Position numbers and translations under genes: made by a program. A DNA stretch of 41,352 bases. Origin: a virus. The stretch lies in the IMG/VR virus record IMGVR_UViG_3300022468_000344. One strand, written 5' to 3'. The notes beneath the pieces are model-generated. The model saw only the letters and a program-made list of their open reading frames with translations. It did no database searches and was not told the origin of the DNA. This document shows positions 8,635 through 18,155 of the stretch, one piece after another (within the stretch, counting starts at the first letter, position 1; each line of letters begins with the position of its first letter).

Positions 8635-10237
8635 TACCGCAATCATTAAAGAATTTTTAGTTAGCTTGGGCTTTCAGCAGGACGAGCGCGGCTTAAAAAA
8701 ATTCACTGACGGCGTAACCGGCGCAACCAAAAACGTTTTTAAATTGGTGGCCGCAATACAGGGCGCCGCGCTGACTATTGGCGCCGGCGTGGCGGCTTTT
8801 GCCAGCAACCTTGAGCGCATGTATTTTGCCGCAATCAAAACCGGCTCAAGCGCTAAAAATCTGCAAGCTTTTGGTAATGCCGCGGCCAACTTTGGCGCGC
8901 AAAGCGAGGAGGCGTTGCAAAGCGTACAAAGCCTTGCGCGTTTCATGCGCGAAACGCCCGGCAGTGAGGGCTTTTTAAAGGCGCTGGGTGTTGATACCCG
9001 CGACGTAAACGGCAAGCTACGAGATACAACCGACATTATGGTTGACTTGGGCAAGGCCATGCAAAATAAGCCTTATTACATGGCCAAACAGTATGGCGAC
9101 ATGCTGGGCATTAGTGAGGATATGTTGCGCGCCATGTTAAACGGCGACTTTGCGCGCGAGGTTGAAAAGCAACGTGCACTATTAAAAGACAGCGGCTTTG
9201 ACAAGGCCGCCGAGGCCAGCCATAAATTTATGATTGGCTTGCGCGAGCTAAAAACGCAACTCATGATTTTTGCGGTAGAGGTGCAAAAGGCGCTTGTTGA
9301 AAAGCTCGGCATGAGTTTGGAGCAAATCAACAATTGGACGCGCGAAAACATGCCGACCATTGCCAAGCGCGTTGCGGACGTTTTAATTACCGTGCTTAAC
9401 GTAGCCGAAACACTGGCGCCGGCTATTGGCTGGCTTGTTGATAAATTCATGCAAATGGATAAGGCAACCGACGGTTGGAGCACCAAGTTAATTGTGCTGG
9501 CCGGTGCGTTTGCCATGCTGGGCGGCCCTGCAATTGTTGCCGGTATTTGGGCGCTTGCCACCGCTTTTGGCGCATTATCCTTGCCAATTTTGGCTATTGC
9601 TGGCGCGGGTATTGCTGGCTGGAAAATTGGCCAATGGATTAACAGCAAGATTTACGGCGACGCAGAAACCGGCGGCACAACAGGCGGCGGGCAAAGCCAA
9701 AGCGGCAAAATCCGCAAACAAGGCAATACGCTTGACCCGGTTAAGTTTTTCATGGGCATGGGCTGGACAAAAGAGCAAGCGGCCGGAATTGTGGCCAACT
9801 TGCAACACGAAAGCGCGCTTGACCCTAACGCAACTGGCGACGGCGGCAAAGCTTACGGCATTGCACAATGGCACCCTGACCGCCAAGCCAACTTTAAAAA
9901 GTGGGCAGGTAAAGACATTCGCGGCTCAAGCGTGCAAGAGCAAATGGCTTTTGTTAACTATGAGCTAACGCAAGGCGCTGAGCAAAAAGCCGGTAACTTG
10001 TTGCGCGCGTCAACCAACGCCCAGCAAGCCGGTGCGATTGTATCAAGGCATTACGAGCGCCCAGCGGCCGAGCAAGCCGAGGCGCTAAAACGTGCCAATA
10101 CAGCGGTGCAAATTGCCCAAACAACCAACATTAACGTTGCTGGCGGCGACGCTATGGCAACCGGCCGCGCAGTGGCCAGCGAGCAAGAGCGCGTCAATGC
10201 ATCATTAACCCGTAACTTACAAGTGGCGTACAACTAA
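8627..10237 (+). CDS. Tape measure protein with C-terminal phage tail lysozyme-like domain
   Basis: 536 aa, with a helical Ala-rich N-part and a hydrophobic Gly-rich segment. GMGWTKEQAAGIVANLQHESALDPNATGDGGKAYGIAQW resembles the tail lysozyme domain. Confidence 0.85.
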   Translation: MADTAIIKEFLVSLGFQQDERGLKKFTDGVTGATKNVFKLVAAIQGAALTIGAGVAAFASNLERMYFAAIKTGSSAKNLQAFGNAAANFGAQSEEALQSVQSLARFMRETPGSEGFLKALGVDTRDVNGKLRDTTDIMVDLGKAMQNKPYYMAKQYGDMLGISEDMLRAMLNGDFAREVEKQRALLKDSGFDKAAEASHKFMIGLRELKTQLMIFAVEVQKALVEKLGMSLEQINNWTRENMPTIAKRVADVLITVLNVAETLAPAIGWLVDKFMQMDKATDGWSTKLIVLAGAFAMLGGPAIVAGIWALATAFGALSLPILAIAGAGIAGWKIGQWINSKIYGDAETGGTTGGGQSQSGKIRKQGNTLDPVKFFMGMGWTKEQAAGIVANLQHESALDPNATGDGGKAYGIAQWHPDRQANFKKWAGKDIRGSSVQEQMAFVNYELTQGAEQKAGNLLRASTNAQQAGAIVSRHYERPAAEQAEALKRANTAVQIAQTTNINVAGGDAMATGRAVASEQERVNASLTRNLQVAYN

Positions 10238-10239
10238 AC

Positions 10240-10863
10240 ATGGCACTCTTAGACTTTTTGCAAATATCGCCCAAGAGCGCCATTGGTGACGTTGAGATTA
10301 TGGCCAGCCTTGAGGAAGTTTACACCGACGCCTTGCAGACGACCGACCACCCGGTTGAGCAAGGGGCCGACATTACCGACCACAGCTTTAAGCGGCCGAG
10401 CGAGGTAGTGATACGGTGCGGCTGGTCAAATAGTAGCTTTACGGCGTTAAGCGGTGCGGTTGAGGCTTTGTTTTCCGGCGGCGGCTTGAGTGCCGCGGAT
10501 TATGTAAGCGGTGTTTACAGTCAATTACTGGCATTACAGCAAAGCCGCGTGCCGTTTGATGTTTTGACCAATAAGCGCCAATACACAAACATGCTTATCC
10601 AAAGCTTGGCCGTTGAAACTGACAACAAAACCAGCAACGCGCTAATGGTAACGGCAACCTGCAAGCAAATAATTATCGTAAACACGCAAGCAACAACATT
10701 GCCGCCGCGCGAGCAACAGGCCGAGCCGGCCAAAACCGCTGAGGTGCAAAAAACGGGCGTTAAGCAAACCAAAACGCGCACCCCGTCGCCCGGCGGTGCC
10801 GTGCCTCCAGTTAAAGGCGGCGGCGGTACTTTCAACGGCAACGGCGCAACAGGGGGTTGGTAA
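10240..10863 (+). CDS. Distal tail / baseplate protein (hypothetical)
   Basis: First gene after the tape measure. 207 aa with a Gly/Pro-rich C-terminal tail. Confidence 0.5.
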   Translation: MALLDFLQISPKSAIGDVEIMASLEEVYTDALQTTDHPVEQGADITDHSFKRPSEVVIRCGWSNSSFTALSGAVEALFSGGGLSAADYVSGVYSQLLALQQSRVPFDVLTNKRQYTNMLIQSLAVETDNKTSNALMVTATCKQIIIVNTQATTLPPREQQAEPAKTAEVQKTGVKQTKTRTPSPGGAVPPVKGGGGTFNGNGATGGW

Positions 10864-11178
10864 ATGGCAAATTTCTTTGAGATACCTTTAACGCCAACGC
10901 CCCAGCTTTTCACGGTGCAATTGAGCGGCATTGATTACAACATATTGCTGGCATACCGCGACGTTACCGAGGGCGGGTGGTTTATTGATATTGCCGACAT
11001 TAACAGCACGCCAATTATTAACGGCATCCCGCTTGTTACCGGCACCAACCTGCTTGAGCAATACGCGCACTTAGGTTTTGCCGGGCGCATGTGGGTACAA
11101 ACGGCAAACGACCCGGACGCACCGCCGACTTTCTTAAACTTAGGCACTGAGGCCTTTTTGTATTGGGTAACTGACTAA
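10864..11178 (+). CDS. Hypothetical baseplate-module protein
   Basis: TAAATG junction with the previous gene. 104 aa. Confidence 0.5.
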   Translation: MANFFEIPLTPTPQLFTVQLSGIDYNILLAYRDVTEGGWFIDIADINSTPIINGIPLVTGTNLLEQYAHLGFAGRMWVQTANDPDAPPTFLNLGTEAFLYWVTD

Positions 11179-12156
11179 ATGAGCGTAGCGCAATATATCC
11201 GCAAGGCAAGCTTAATTGTTGGCCAAAACGAGGCCAGCCGGGGCGCCCTTGATTTATCAGAATTACGCTTTAAATTCTCAGTGCGCCGAGGTGACATACA
11301 AACACCAAACAGCGCCGACATTCGCGTTTACAACGTAAGCGACCAAACGGCGCAAGCGATACAAAAAGAATTTACCCGCGTTGTTTTGCAAGCTGGTTAC
11401 GACGGCAACTTTGGCGTGATTTTTGACGGCCAAATTAAACAGGTGCGCCGCGGCCGTGAAACGCAGACGGACACTTACATTGACATTACCGCGGCAGACG
11501 GCGACAGCGCATACAACTACGCAATGAGCGTGTTTTCATTGGCGGCCGGCTCAACTCCAAAAAATGCGGTTGAGGCAGTATTGCAGGACATGGGCAATTA
11601 CAGCGTAAGTGGCGGTTATATCCCAGCCTTGCCCGGTGCACCTTTGCCGCGAGGTAAAGCGGTTTATGGCATGAGCCGCGACAAAATGCGCGATATTGCC
11701 AAAAACACGCAAAGCAGTTGGAGCATACAAGACGGCAAGCTAAACATGATACCGATTACCGCTTATGTGCCCGGCGAAATTCCGGTTATTACAGCGGCCA
11801 CCGGCATGATTGGATTACCTGAGCAAACACAAAACGGCATTAAGTTAAAAACCCTGCTAAACCCAAATATAAAAATTGGCCAAGCGGTAAAGCTTGATAA
11901 CGACAGCATTAACCGATTGCGTTATGACTTGGCACTTGGGCAAGGCGCGGTAAACGAAAGCATAGCGATACAGGCAAAGACCAACAACGACGGGCTTTAT
12001 TACGTCATGATTGCCGACCATAGCGGCGACACCCGCGGCAATGAGTGGTATTCAAGCCTGATTTGCTTAGCGATTGACGCAACAGTGACGCCCCTATTTG
12101 CGCCGCAATTCCCGATTGGCCAAGAGTACGTCAACAGCATTAAAAAATACGGTTAA
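11179..12156 (+). CDS. Baseplate hub protein (gpD / XkdQ / gp27-like)
   Basis: 325 aa. Size, position and N-terminal sequence resemble late-control-D / hub proteins. Confidence 0.6.
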   Translation: MSVAQYIRKASLIVGQNEASRGALDLSELRFKFSVRRGDIQTPNSADIRVYNVSDQTAQAIQKEFTRVVLQAGYDGNFGVIFDGQIKQVRRGRETQTDTYIDITAADGDSAYNYAMSVFSLAAGSTPKNAVEAVLQDMGNYSVSGGYIPALPGAPLPRGKAVYGMSRDKMRDIAKNTQSSWSIQDGKLNMIPITAYVPGEIPVITAATGMIGLPEQTQNGIKLKTLLNPNIKIGQAVKLDNDSINRLRYDLALGQGAVNESIAIQAKTNNDGLYYVMIADHSGDTRGNEWYSSLICLAIDATVTPLFAPQFPIGQEYVNSIKKYG

Positions 12157-12548
12157 CGCAACGGCTCTATATATTCAACGGCGCCCTCAGCATTAACCTT
12201 GCCGCGAAAAAATGCGGATTTTGGCCAAACTTGCCAATCCTCAAACTCACCGCGGATTACCAGCGTTTTAACTTTCCCCGTAGCGGTTAACCCGGCGCAA
12301 CCCTCTAAGCGGCTGACGTTTGCACTTGGGCGCTCAACAAAGTGCCGCATGTGCTCAGCGCCGACGATTGGCAACTTGCAAGGCTTGTTGTAATAAACCA
12401 GCCGGTCAATGCCAGTTTCCAAAACCTCGTCGCCGGGCTTCATGCGGTTGCCGTACCCGGACATGACGTAAGCAAGGTTTTCATCGTTGCTTTTGGCGTT
12501 TGCCAGCATTGGCGTGGCTAAACACATTATCAATATTATTTTTTTCAT
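12153..12548 (-). CDS. Secreted (signal-peptide) protein, opposite-strand moron in the baseplate operon
   Basis: AGGAG SD 6 nt before ATG 12548. Signal peptide MKKIILIMCLATPMLANA|KS. 131 aa. Its stop overlaps the hub gene stop in the palindrome TTAA. Confidence 0.75.
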   Translation of the reverse strand: MKKIILIMCLATPMLANAKSNDENLAYVMSGYGNRMKPGDEVLETGIDRLVYYNKPCKLPIVGAEHMRHFVERPSANVSRLEGCAGLTATGKVKTLVIRGEFEDWQVWPKSAFFRGKVNAEGAVEYIEPLR

Positions 12549-12564
12549 GATTGGCTCCTAAACA

Positions 12565-13287
12565 ATGGATAGACGCGAGCGCTATTACGACCCTGAGGAA
12601 ATGTTGCGGCTTGCTATGGATGGCAAGCAAGCACAGATTTGGACGGCATTACCTTGCATTATCCAAAGCTTTAACCCCGTGGCCATGACTTGCGAGGCAC
12701 AGCCTACCGTTAACGGCATAGTACGCCAACAAGACGGCACAAGTAAAGAAATAAAAATGCCATTGTTATTAGATTGCCCGGTGTTTTTCCCCGGCGGCGG
12801 TGGCGTAACTTTGACCTTTCCCATTAAACCCGGCGACGAGTGCTTGGTGATATTTGCCAGCCGTTGCATTGATGCATGGTGGCAACAGGGCGGCATTAAA
12901 GGGCAGGCTGAGCTACGCATGCACGACTTGAGCGACGGCTTTATTTTTGCCGGCGTGCGCTCCCAGCCGCGGGCATTTGCAGTTAACACTACAAGCGCGC
13001 AACTACGCACGGACGACGGCGCGGCATACGTTGAGCTAAACCCGACCAGCAAAAACATAAACGTTTTAACGCCGGCCAACGTAAACGTAACGGCAGGCGG
13101 CAACGCAAATGTAACGACAAGCGGCGAGGCAGTAGTTACCGCCCCAACAATCAAGCTAGTTGGCAACGTTGAAGTAACCGGCAACCTGAGCGTAAGTGGC
13201 ACAACCATTGGCAACGGCGTAAACCTTAACACTCACGTACACACTGGCGTACAGCCGGGCGGCGGCAATACAGGGGCACCAATTTAA
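12565..13287 (+). CDS. Baseplate central spike (gpV / Gp138-like)
   Basis: N-terminal OB-type domain, then beta-helix repeats NVNVTAGGNANVTTSGEAVVTAPTIKLVGNVEVTGNLSVSG and HVHTG. Confidence 0.75.
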   Translation: MDRRERYYDPEEMLRLAMDGKQAQIWTALPCIIQSFNPVAMTCEAQPTVNGIVRQQDGTSKEIKMPLLLDCPVFFPGGGGVTLTFPIKPGDECLVIFASRCIDAWWQQGGIKGQAELRMHDLSDGFIFAGVRSQPRAFAVNTTSAQLRTDDGAAYVELNPTSKNINVLTPANVNVTAGGNANVTTSGEAVVTAPTIKLVGNVEVTGNLSVSGTTIGNGVNLNTHVHTGVQPGGGNTGAPI

Positions 13288-13640
13288 TGAGATACCGCAA
13301 ACTTGATGAAAACGACGATTACACCATAGGCACCGGCGCTGACTTTCATGTGAATACGCCGGACACAGTGGCGCAAGCAATCCTTACCCGCTTGCGCTTG
13401 TGGCGCGGCGAGTGGTTTTTGGACACGGCCGACGGTACACCTTGGAGCACTGACATTTTAGGAAAGCGCCAGCGGGGCAGAAACCCGGATGCGGCCATTA
13501 AGCAACGCATACTCGGCACGCAGGGCGTTAATGAGATTTTGAGCTACAACAGCACATTTGACGGCAACACGCGGCGCCTTTCCGTTAACGCGACCGTCGG
13601 CACTATTTACGGGCAAGCAACAATAAGCGAGGTACTATAA
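13287..13640 (+). CDS. Small baseplate wedge protein (gpW/gp25- or DUF2634-like)
   Basis: Overlapping TAATGA junction. LRLWRGEWFLDTADGTPW motif. 117 aa. Confidence 0.55.
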   Translation: MRYRKLDENDDYTIGTGADFHVNTPDTVAQAILTRLRLWRGEWFLDTADGTPWSTDILGKRQRGRNPDAAIKQRILGTQGVNEILSYNSTFDGNTRRLSVNATVGTIYGQATISEVL

Positions 13641-13642
13641 AA

Positions 13643-14821
13643 ATGGCATTAACCGCCCCAACCATTGACGCAAACGGCATAAGCGCACCAAGTTACGCCG
13701 AGGTTTTGGATTACCTGCAAACGCAATACCGCGCGATTTTTGGCGCTGACATTTACTTAGGCAATGACAGCCAAGACGGCCAGTTTTTGGCAATCCTTGC
13801 CAGCGCGATTAACGACAGCAACGCCGCGGCGGTTGCGGTTTACAACGCATTTAGCCCGGCCACAGCACAAGGCAACGGCCTAAGCTCCAACGTTAAGATT
13901 AACGGCATTAGCCGCTTGGTGGCCAGCGCGTCAACCGTTGACTTGCTGATTGTTGGCCAAGTTGGCACGGTAATTACCAACGGCATTGCTACCGACCAAA
14001 ACGATACAAATAACTGGCTATTGCCGGCTACCGTAACAATCCCGCTTGCGGGTGAAATTACCGTTACGGCCACATGCTCGGACGTGGGCGCAACGATTGC
14101 ACAAAGCAACACGCTAACCAAAATCAAAACCCCAACGTTTGGCTGGCAGACAGTCAACAACCCAAGCGACGCCGTGCCGGGCAACCCGGTTGAAAGCGAC
14201 GCCGAGCTAAGGGTGCGACAAGCGCTAAGCGTTGCCGTGCCGTCGCAAACAATCTTTGAGGGCATTGTTGGCTCAGTGGCAAACGTTACCGGCGTTACAC
14301 GCATTAAGGGTTACGAAAACGACACCGACGCCACAGACGCAAACGGCATACCGTCGCACAGCATTGCCATTATTGCCGAGGGCGGCGACGCGCAAACAAT
14401 CTTTGAAACCATAGCGGATAAGAAAACGCCGGGCACCGGCACATTTGGCACGCTAAGCACCACAATTATTGACGCAGTTAATAGCGTGCACATTGTTAAG
14501 TTTTCACGGCCAACAATTTTGGACATTAAGGTGGCCATGACAATTGAGGCGGCGCCCGGTTACTCGGCCAGCGTTTTGCCATTCATTAAAACCGCCGTGC
14601 TGGACTTTATCAACGCGCTTGAGATTGGCGAAAGCCTGATTTATTCCAAGCTTTACGTGCCGGCAAACTTGAGCAATAGCGCGCTCGGTGAAACTTACAA
14701 CATTACGGCATTGACCATAGCCGTTGGCGTTGGCGCACCGGGCACCTCAAACATTGCGGTTGCCTACAACGAGGCCGCGCAAATAATTGACACTGATATT
14801 GTTATTACGGTGGCGCCATGA
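13643..14821 (+). CDS. Baseplate J-like protein
   Basis: 392 aa. Sequence and position are typical of the Baseplate_J family. Confidence 0.8.
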   Translation: MALTAPTIDANGISAPSYAEVLDYLQTQYRAIFGADIYLGNDSQDGQFLAILASAINDSNAAAVAVYNAFSPATAQGNGLSSNVKINGISRLVASASTVDLLIVGQVGTVITNGIATDQNDTNNWLLPATVTIPLAGEITVTATCSDVGATIAQSNTLTKIKTPTFGWQTVNNPSDAVPGNPVESDAELRVRQALSVAVPSQTIFEGIVGSVANVTGVTRIKGYENDTDATDANGIPSHSIAIIAEGGDAQTIFETIADKKTPGTGTFGTLSTTIIDAVNSVHIVKFSRPTILDIKVAMTIEAAPGYSASVLPFIKTAVLDFINALEIGESLIYSKLYVPANLSNSALGETYNITALTIAVGVGAPGTSNIAVAYNEAAQIIDTDIVITVAP

Positions 14822-15501
14822 TTGACTATACCCAGCTAATTACAAACGAGCACAACCAGCGCCCAAAATTCACGGCAATGGTTGCGGCGGTTTCAAACGC
14901 ATGGGGCGCCGTTTACGACTTCACGCAAACACTACCGGCCGAGTTTGATTTGGACGCGGCAATAGGTGCGCAACTTGACGTTATCGGCCTATGGGTTGGC
15001 CAAAGCCGATTAATCCCCAATGTTTTGTTGGTGCAATATTTTGGCTTTGAGGCTAACCCTGCCGCGCTCAATTTTGGCGAGGAGGGCAACGCCTCAGTGG
15101 GCGGCCGATTTTACGGCGAGGGCGACCCAATAGACGGCTCAACCTTACTGGCCGACCCGGAATACCGCACTATTATTCGCGCGCGTATTGTGCGCAATAC
15201 AGCCAAGGGATTGACAGCCGACTTTATTAAATCACTGCAATTTATCTTTAATGCGCCGGCGATTATTGACGACCAAGGCGACATGGCCGTGAGTATTTAC
15301 ATTGGCCGATATTTAAGCCTTACAGAATTGGCAATTATTACCGGGCTGGACATTTTGCCGCGGCCGGCTGGCGTGCGCATTAGAACGCGCGGATATTACG
15401 ACAGCAACGGATATTTAGGCTTTGACGGCCAAACCAATGCTAACCCTTTTGCTGAGGAGGGTTATGTTGGCCCTCTCGGTCAACTCATGGAGGAATTTTA
15501 A
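14818..15501 (+). CDS. Baseplate wedge / fibre-attachment protein (DUF2612-like)
   Basis: ATGA overlap. 227 aa. It follows baseplate J, as DUF2612 proteins do. Confidence 0.65.
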   Translation: MIDYTQLITNEHNQRPKFTAMVAAVSNAWGAVYDFTQTLPAEFDLDAAIGAQLDVIGLWVGQSRLIPNVLLVQYFGFEANPAALNFGEEGNASVGGRFYGEGDPIDGSTLLADPEYRTIIRARIVRNTAKGLTADFIKSLQFIFNAPAIIDDQGDMAVSIYIGRYLSLTELAIITGLDILPRPAGVRIRTRGYYDSNGYLGFDGQTNANPFAEEGYVGPLGQLMEEF

Positions 15502-15504
15502 AAA

Positions 15505-16953
15505 ATGACGATTTATAACAAACCAAGCGATTTACCTGCATGGGCTGAAAGTGGCGACAAAGTACAGCCAACTGACCCGGAAATTCAAACCGGCTGGCCG
15601 CTTTCCACGGTGCCTCCAAGCCGCCAGCGTTTTAACTGGATATTAAATTGGCTGGCCACCGGCTTGCGCTATTTTATGCAACGCGGCATACCGGAGTGGG
15701 ATGCAACAGAAGATTACCCTTTGGGTGCTCGCGTGCAATACAACAATGTTACTTATGTTGCATTAAGCGGCACAAGCAACGTAGGGCAACAGCCAAACAC
15801 AGCAACAACATTTTGGGAGCAATGGGCTTATACAGACACAGGCTTTCAGCCTCGCGTTGACCAAATAACCGCGTTTACCGTAACAACGGCTGACGTAACG
15901 CTGACAGCCGCACAAGCCAAAGCGGGCATTTTGAACGTTACCGGCACATTGACCGGTAACCGCAATATCATTATCCCAAACGCGGCACGCCGTTTAATTG
16001 TGATTAACGGCACTAGCGGAGCATTTACGCTAAGCGTTAAAACTTCCAGCGGCGTAGCGGTTGCCGTAGGGCAAGGGAGTGCAAGCTCAATTGTTTGCGA
16101 CGGCAACAACAACATTAAGTTAGCCTCGGCTGACTTGACCGCTTACGCACCGATTGCAAGCCCAACATTTACCGGGAACCCAGCCGCACCAACCGCGGCT
16201 CAGTTTGACAACGACACCAGCTTGGCAACAACGGCTTTTGTGCAACGCGCGCTTGGTAATTTTCAAGAAACAATAGATTTAAGCGCAAACACAACCCTAA
16301 CGGCGGTTGATGCTGGCGCGGTGGTTGTTTACTCAGGTGTGACGGCAAGCCAAACATTAACTTTGCCGCTTATATCGGCAATGCCAACCGGAGGCGCATT
16401 TTTATTTGAAAATCACTCAAGCGTTAACGTAACTATTGCCCGGCAAGGCGCGGACATTATCCGTTTAAAAAATGGGGTTGTTCCAACGTCCGTTGTGCTT
16501 GGGCCGGGTGATAGCTTAAAAGTTGCGTTTTATAAAGCTGGCGAGTGGGCGGCCGTTGGTGGTAGTGCTCAACTACCTTATGCCCCCGGTTTTAAAACTG
16601 CATTAAACGCCAGTGGTGACGCGCCAGTTTACGCTTGCCGAGCATGGGTAAATTTTAACGGCACTGGCACAGTTGCTATTCGCGCCAGTGGGAACGTTAC
16701 GAGCATTACAGATAACGGCGTGGGAGATTTCACAATAAACTTTACGACCGCAATGCCTGACATAAATTACGCCGTTATTGGCATGCCGTCTTATGCCGCA
16801 ATATCTAGCGCGTCAGGTGTAAAAACTATGATGCGTAGGGAAGATATTGCCCAAACCGTTTCAGCAACGAGAATTTCTACTGCGCTTGTAAACTCAGGTT
16901 TGGCCTCTGCTTACTCAGACTGCATTGATACAAACGTTTCAATTTTCAGATAA
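15505..16953 (+). CDS. Tail fibre protein
   Basis: 482 aa, with an N-terminal attachment region and a Thr/Ala/Gly/Asn-rich C-part. It sits after the baseplate genes. Confidence 0.75.
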   Translation: MTIYNKPSDLPAWAESGDKVQPTDPEIQTGWPLSTVPPSRQRFNWILNWLATGLRYFMQRGIPEWDATEDYPLGARVQYNNVTYVALSGTSNVGQQPNTATTFWEQWAYTDTGFQPRVDQITAFTVTTADVTLTAAQAKAGILNVTGTLTGNRNIIIPNAARRLIVINGTSGAFTLSVKTSSGVAVAVGQGSASSIVCDGNNNIKLASADLTAYAPIASPTFTGNPAAPTAAQFDNDTSLATTAFVQRALGNFQETIDLSANTTLTAVDAGAVVVYSGVTASQTLTLPLISAMPTGGAFLFENHSSVNVTIARQGADIIRLKNGVVPTSVVLGPGDSLKVAFYKAGEWAAVGGSAQLPYAPGFKTALNASGDAPVYACRAWVNFNGTGTVAIRASGNVTSITDNGVGDFTINFTTAMPDINYAVIGMPSYAAISSASGVKTMMRREDIAQTVSATRISTALVNSGLASAYSDCIDTNVSIFR

Positions 16954-16962
16954 GGATTTAGC

Positions 16963-17214
16963 ATGACACAAGTAATTATTTTTAAAGACGACGCTGGCGG
17001 CGTTTCAGTCATTTACCCAACCCCGGAGGCATTAGCAATTTACGGAATTGAAGCAATTGCACAAAAAGACGTGCCAGCGGGCAAGCCTTACAAGATTGTT
17101 GATGCCGCGGACGTTCCAACAGACCGCTCACAGCGCCAGTATTGGACGGTAAACGAGGCCGACTTAACCGACGGCGTGGGCGCGGATTACAACACTTTTG
17201 AGGTGCAACCATGA
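16963..17214 (+). CDS. Hypothetical protein (fibre-associated by position)
   Basis: AAGGA SD. 83 aa. Confidence 0.6.
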   Translation: MTQVIIFKDDAGGVSVIYPTPEALAIYGIEAIAQKDVPAGKPYKIVDAADVPTDRSQRQYWTVNEADLTDGVGADYNTFEVQP

Positions 17215-17636
17215 GCATAATTAACATTGTAGTAAATTTGGAAAAGGTAAAAGCCGACAAGTGGGATGCTATCAAAGCTAAGCGCGAGCATGTTAAAGCT
17301 GGCGGCGTCAAGGTCGGCACTAAATGGTTTCACAGCGACATTGAAAGCCGTGTGCAACACTTGGGCTTAAAAGACAAAGCGCGCGACTTGCTGGCCGCTG
17401 GGGGTGCCTTAACCGACCGCCTGCAAGTTGGCGGCGCTGATATTCAATGGAAAACGCAAAATGGCACGCTGATTTACATTACCGCGCAAATGGCCTTTGA
17501 CATTGTGGCGGCGGTTGGCGTACTGGACGCGCAAGCGCACCTTGCCGCAGAAACTCACAAAGCAACAATGGAGGCAAGCGCTGAGCCTGCCGCTTATGAC
17601 TTCTCAACCGGTTGGCCTATTACTTACGCGGGGTAA
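17211..17636 (+). CDS. Hypothetical protein, DUF4376-like
   Basis: ATGA overlap. KADKWDAIKAKRE...WFHSD resembles DUF4376, which is found near fibre genes. Confidence 0.5.
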   Translation: MSIINIVVNLEKVKADKWDAIKAKREHVKAGGVKVGTKWFHSDIESRVQHLGLKDKARDLLAAGGALTDRLQVGGADIQWKTQNGTLIYITAQMAFDIVAAVGVLDAQAHLAAETHKATMEASAEPAAYDFSTGWPITYAG

Positions 17637-17639
17637 CGC

Positions 17640-18119
17640 ATGAAAATTGCAATAATCTTTAACGCTGAAAAGTTGAGCGGCAAGTTAACCAAGTTTTGGA
17701 CAGGTTGCTACGCTTACCACGTTGCTTTTGTTGACGAGGAAAGCGGGCGCATGTACGACATGAACCTTTTGCGCCGGCGCCGTTTATGGCCGGCTTACAA
17801 GCCTGAGAATTATGTGCTTTTTGAGGCGCCGGGTAATGTAACGCGCGAGTATTTGGAGCACATGCTGGACACTGACAAAAACCGCTATGGTGTGTTTGAT
17901 TATTGCTTATTTGCGTTGCGCCCGTTGTTTCACTTGTTTGGCAAAAGCACGGTTAACGCCGGCGGCGTCATTTGCTCAGAAATGATAAACATTGACGTGC
18001 GAGCGTGCCAAGGTTTTACGCCGTGGCCTTTGGATGCCCCGCCGCCAAGCCCGTGCGATTGGCACCGATACTTAGTAAATGCAACACCAACAAAAAGCCG
18101 CCGCAAGGCGGTTTTTTAA
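17640..18119 (+). CDS. Permuted papain-fold (NlpC/P60 superfamily, YiiX/C92-like) amidase candidate
   Basis: A His motif (GCYAYHVAF) precedes a Cys motif (GGVICSEMI), as in permuted C92 enzymes. It is the last gene before a terminator. Confidence 0.5.
   Translation: MKIAIIFNAEKLSGKLTKFWTGCYAYHVAFVDEESGRMYDMNLLRRRRLWPAYKPENYVLFEAPGNVTREYLEHMLDTDKNRYGVFDYCLFALRPLFHLFGKSTVNAGGVICSEMINIDVRACQGFTPWPLDAPPPSPCDWHRYLVNATPTKSRRKAVF
18096..18117 (+). terminator. Intrinsic terminator between tail and lysis genes
   Basis: AGCCGCC-gcaa-GGCGGTT followed by a T-run, overlapping the stop at 18117-18119. Confidence 0.7.
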
Positions 18120-18155
18120 TGCCCAAAAAAAATAAAAATCAGAAAGGTTACAAAC

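Noticed and set aside
15505-16953. Diversity-generating retroelement or phase-variable tail fibre.
   Set aside because: There is no reverse transcriptase gene, no template/variable repeat pair, and no invertase or inverted repeats around the fibre gene.
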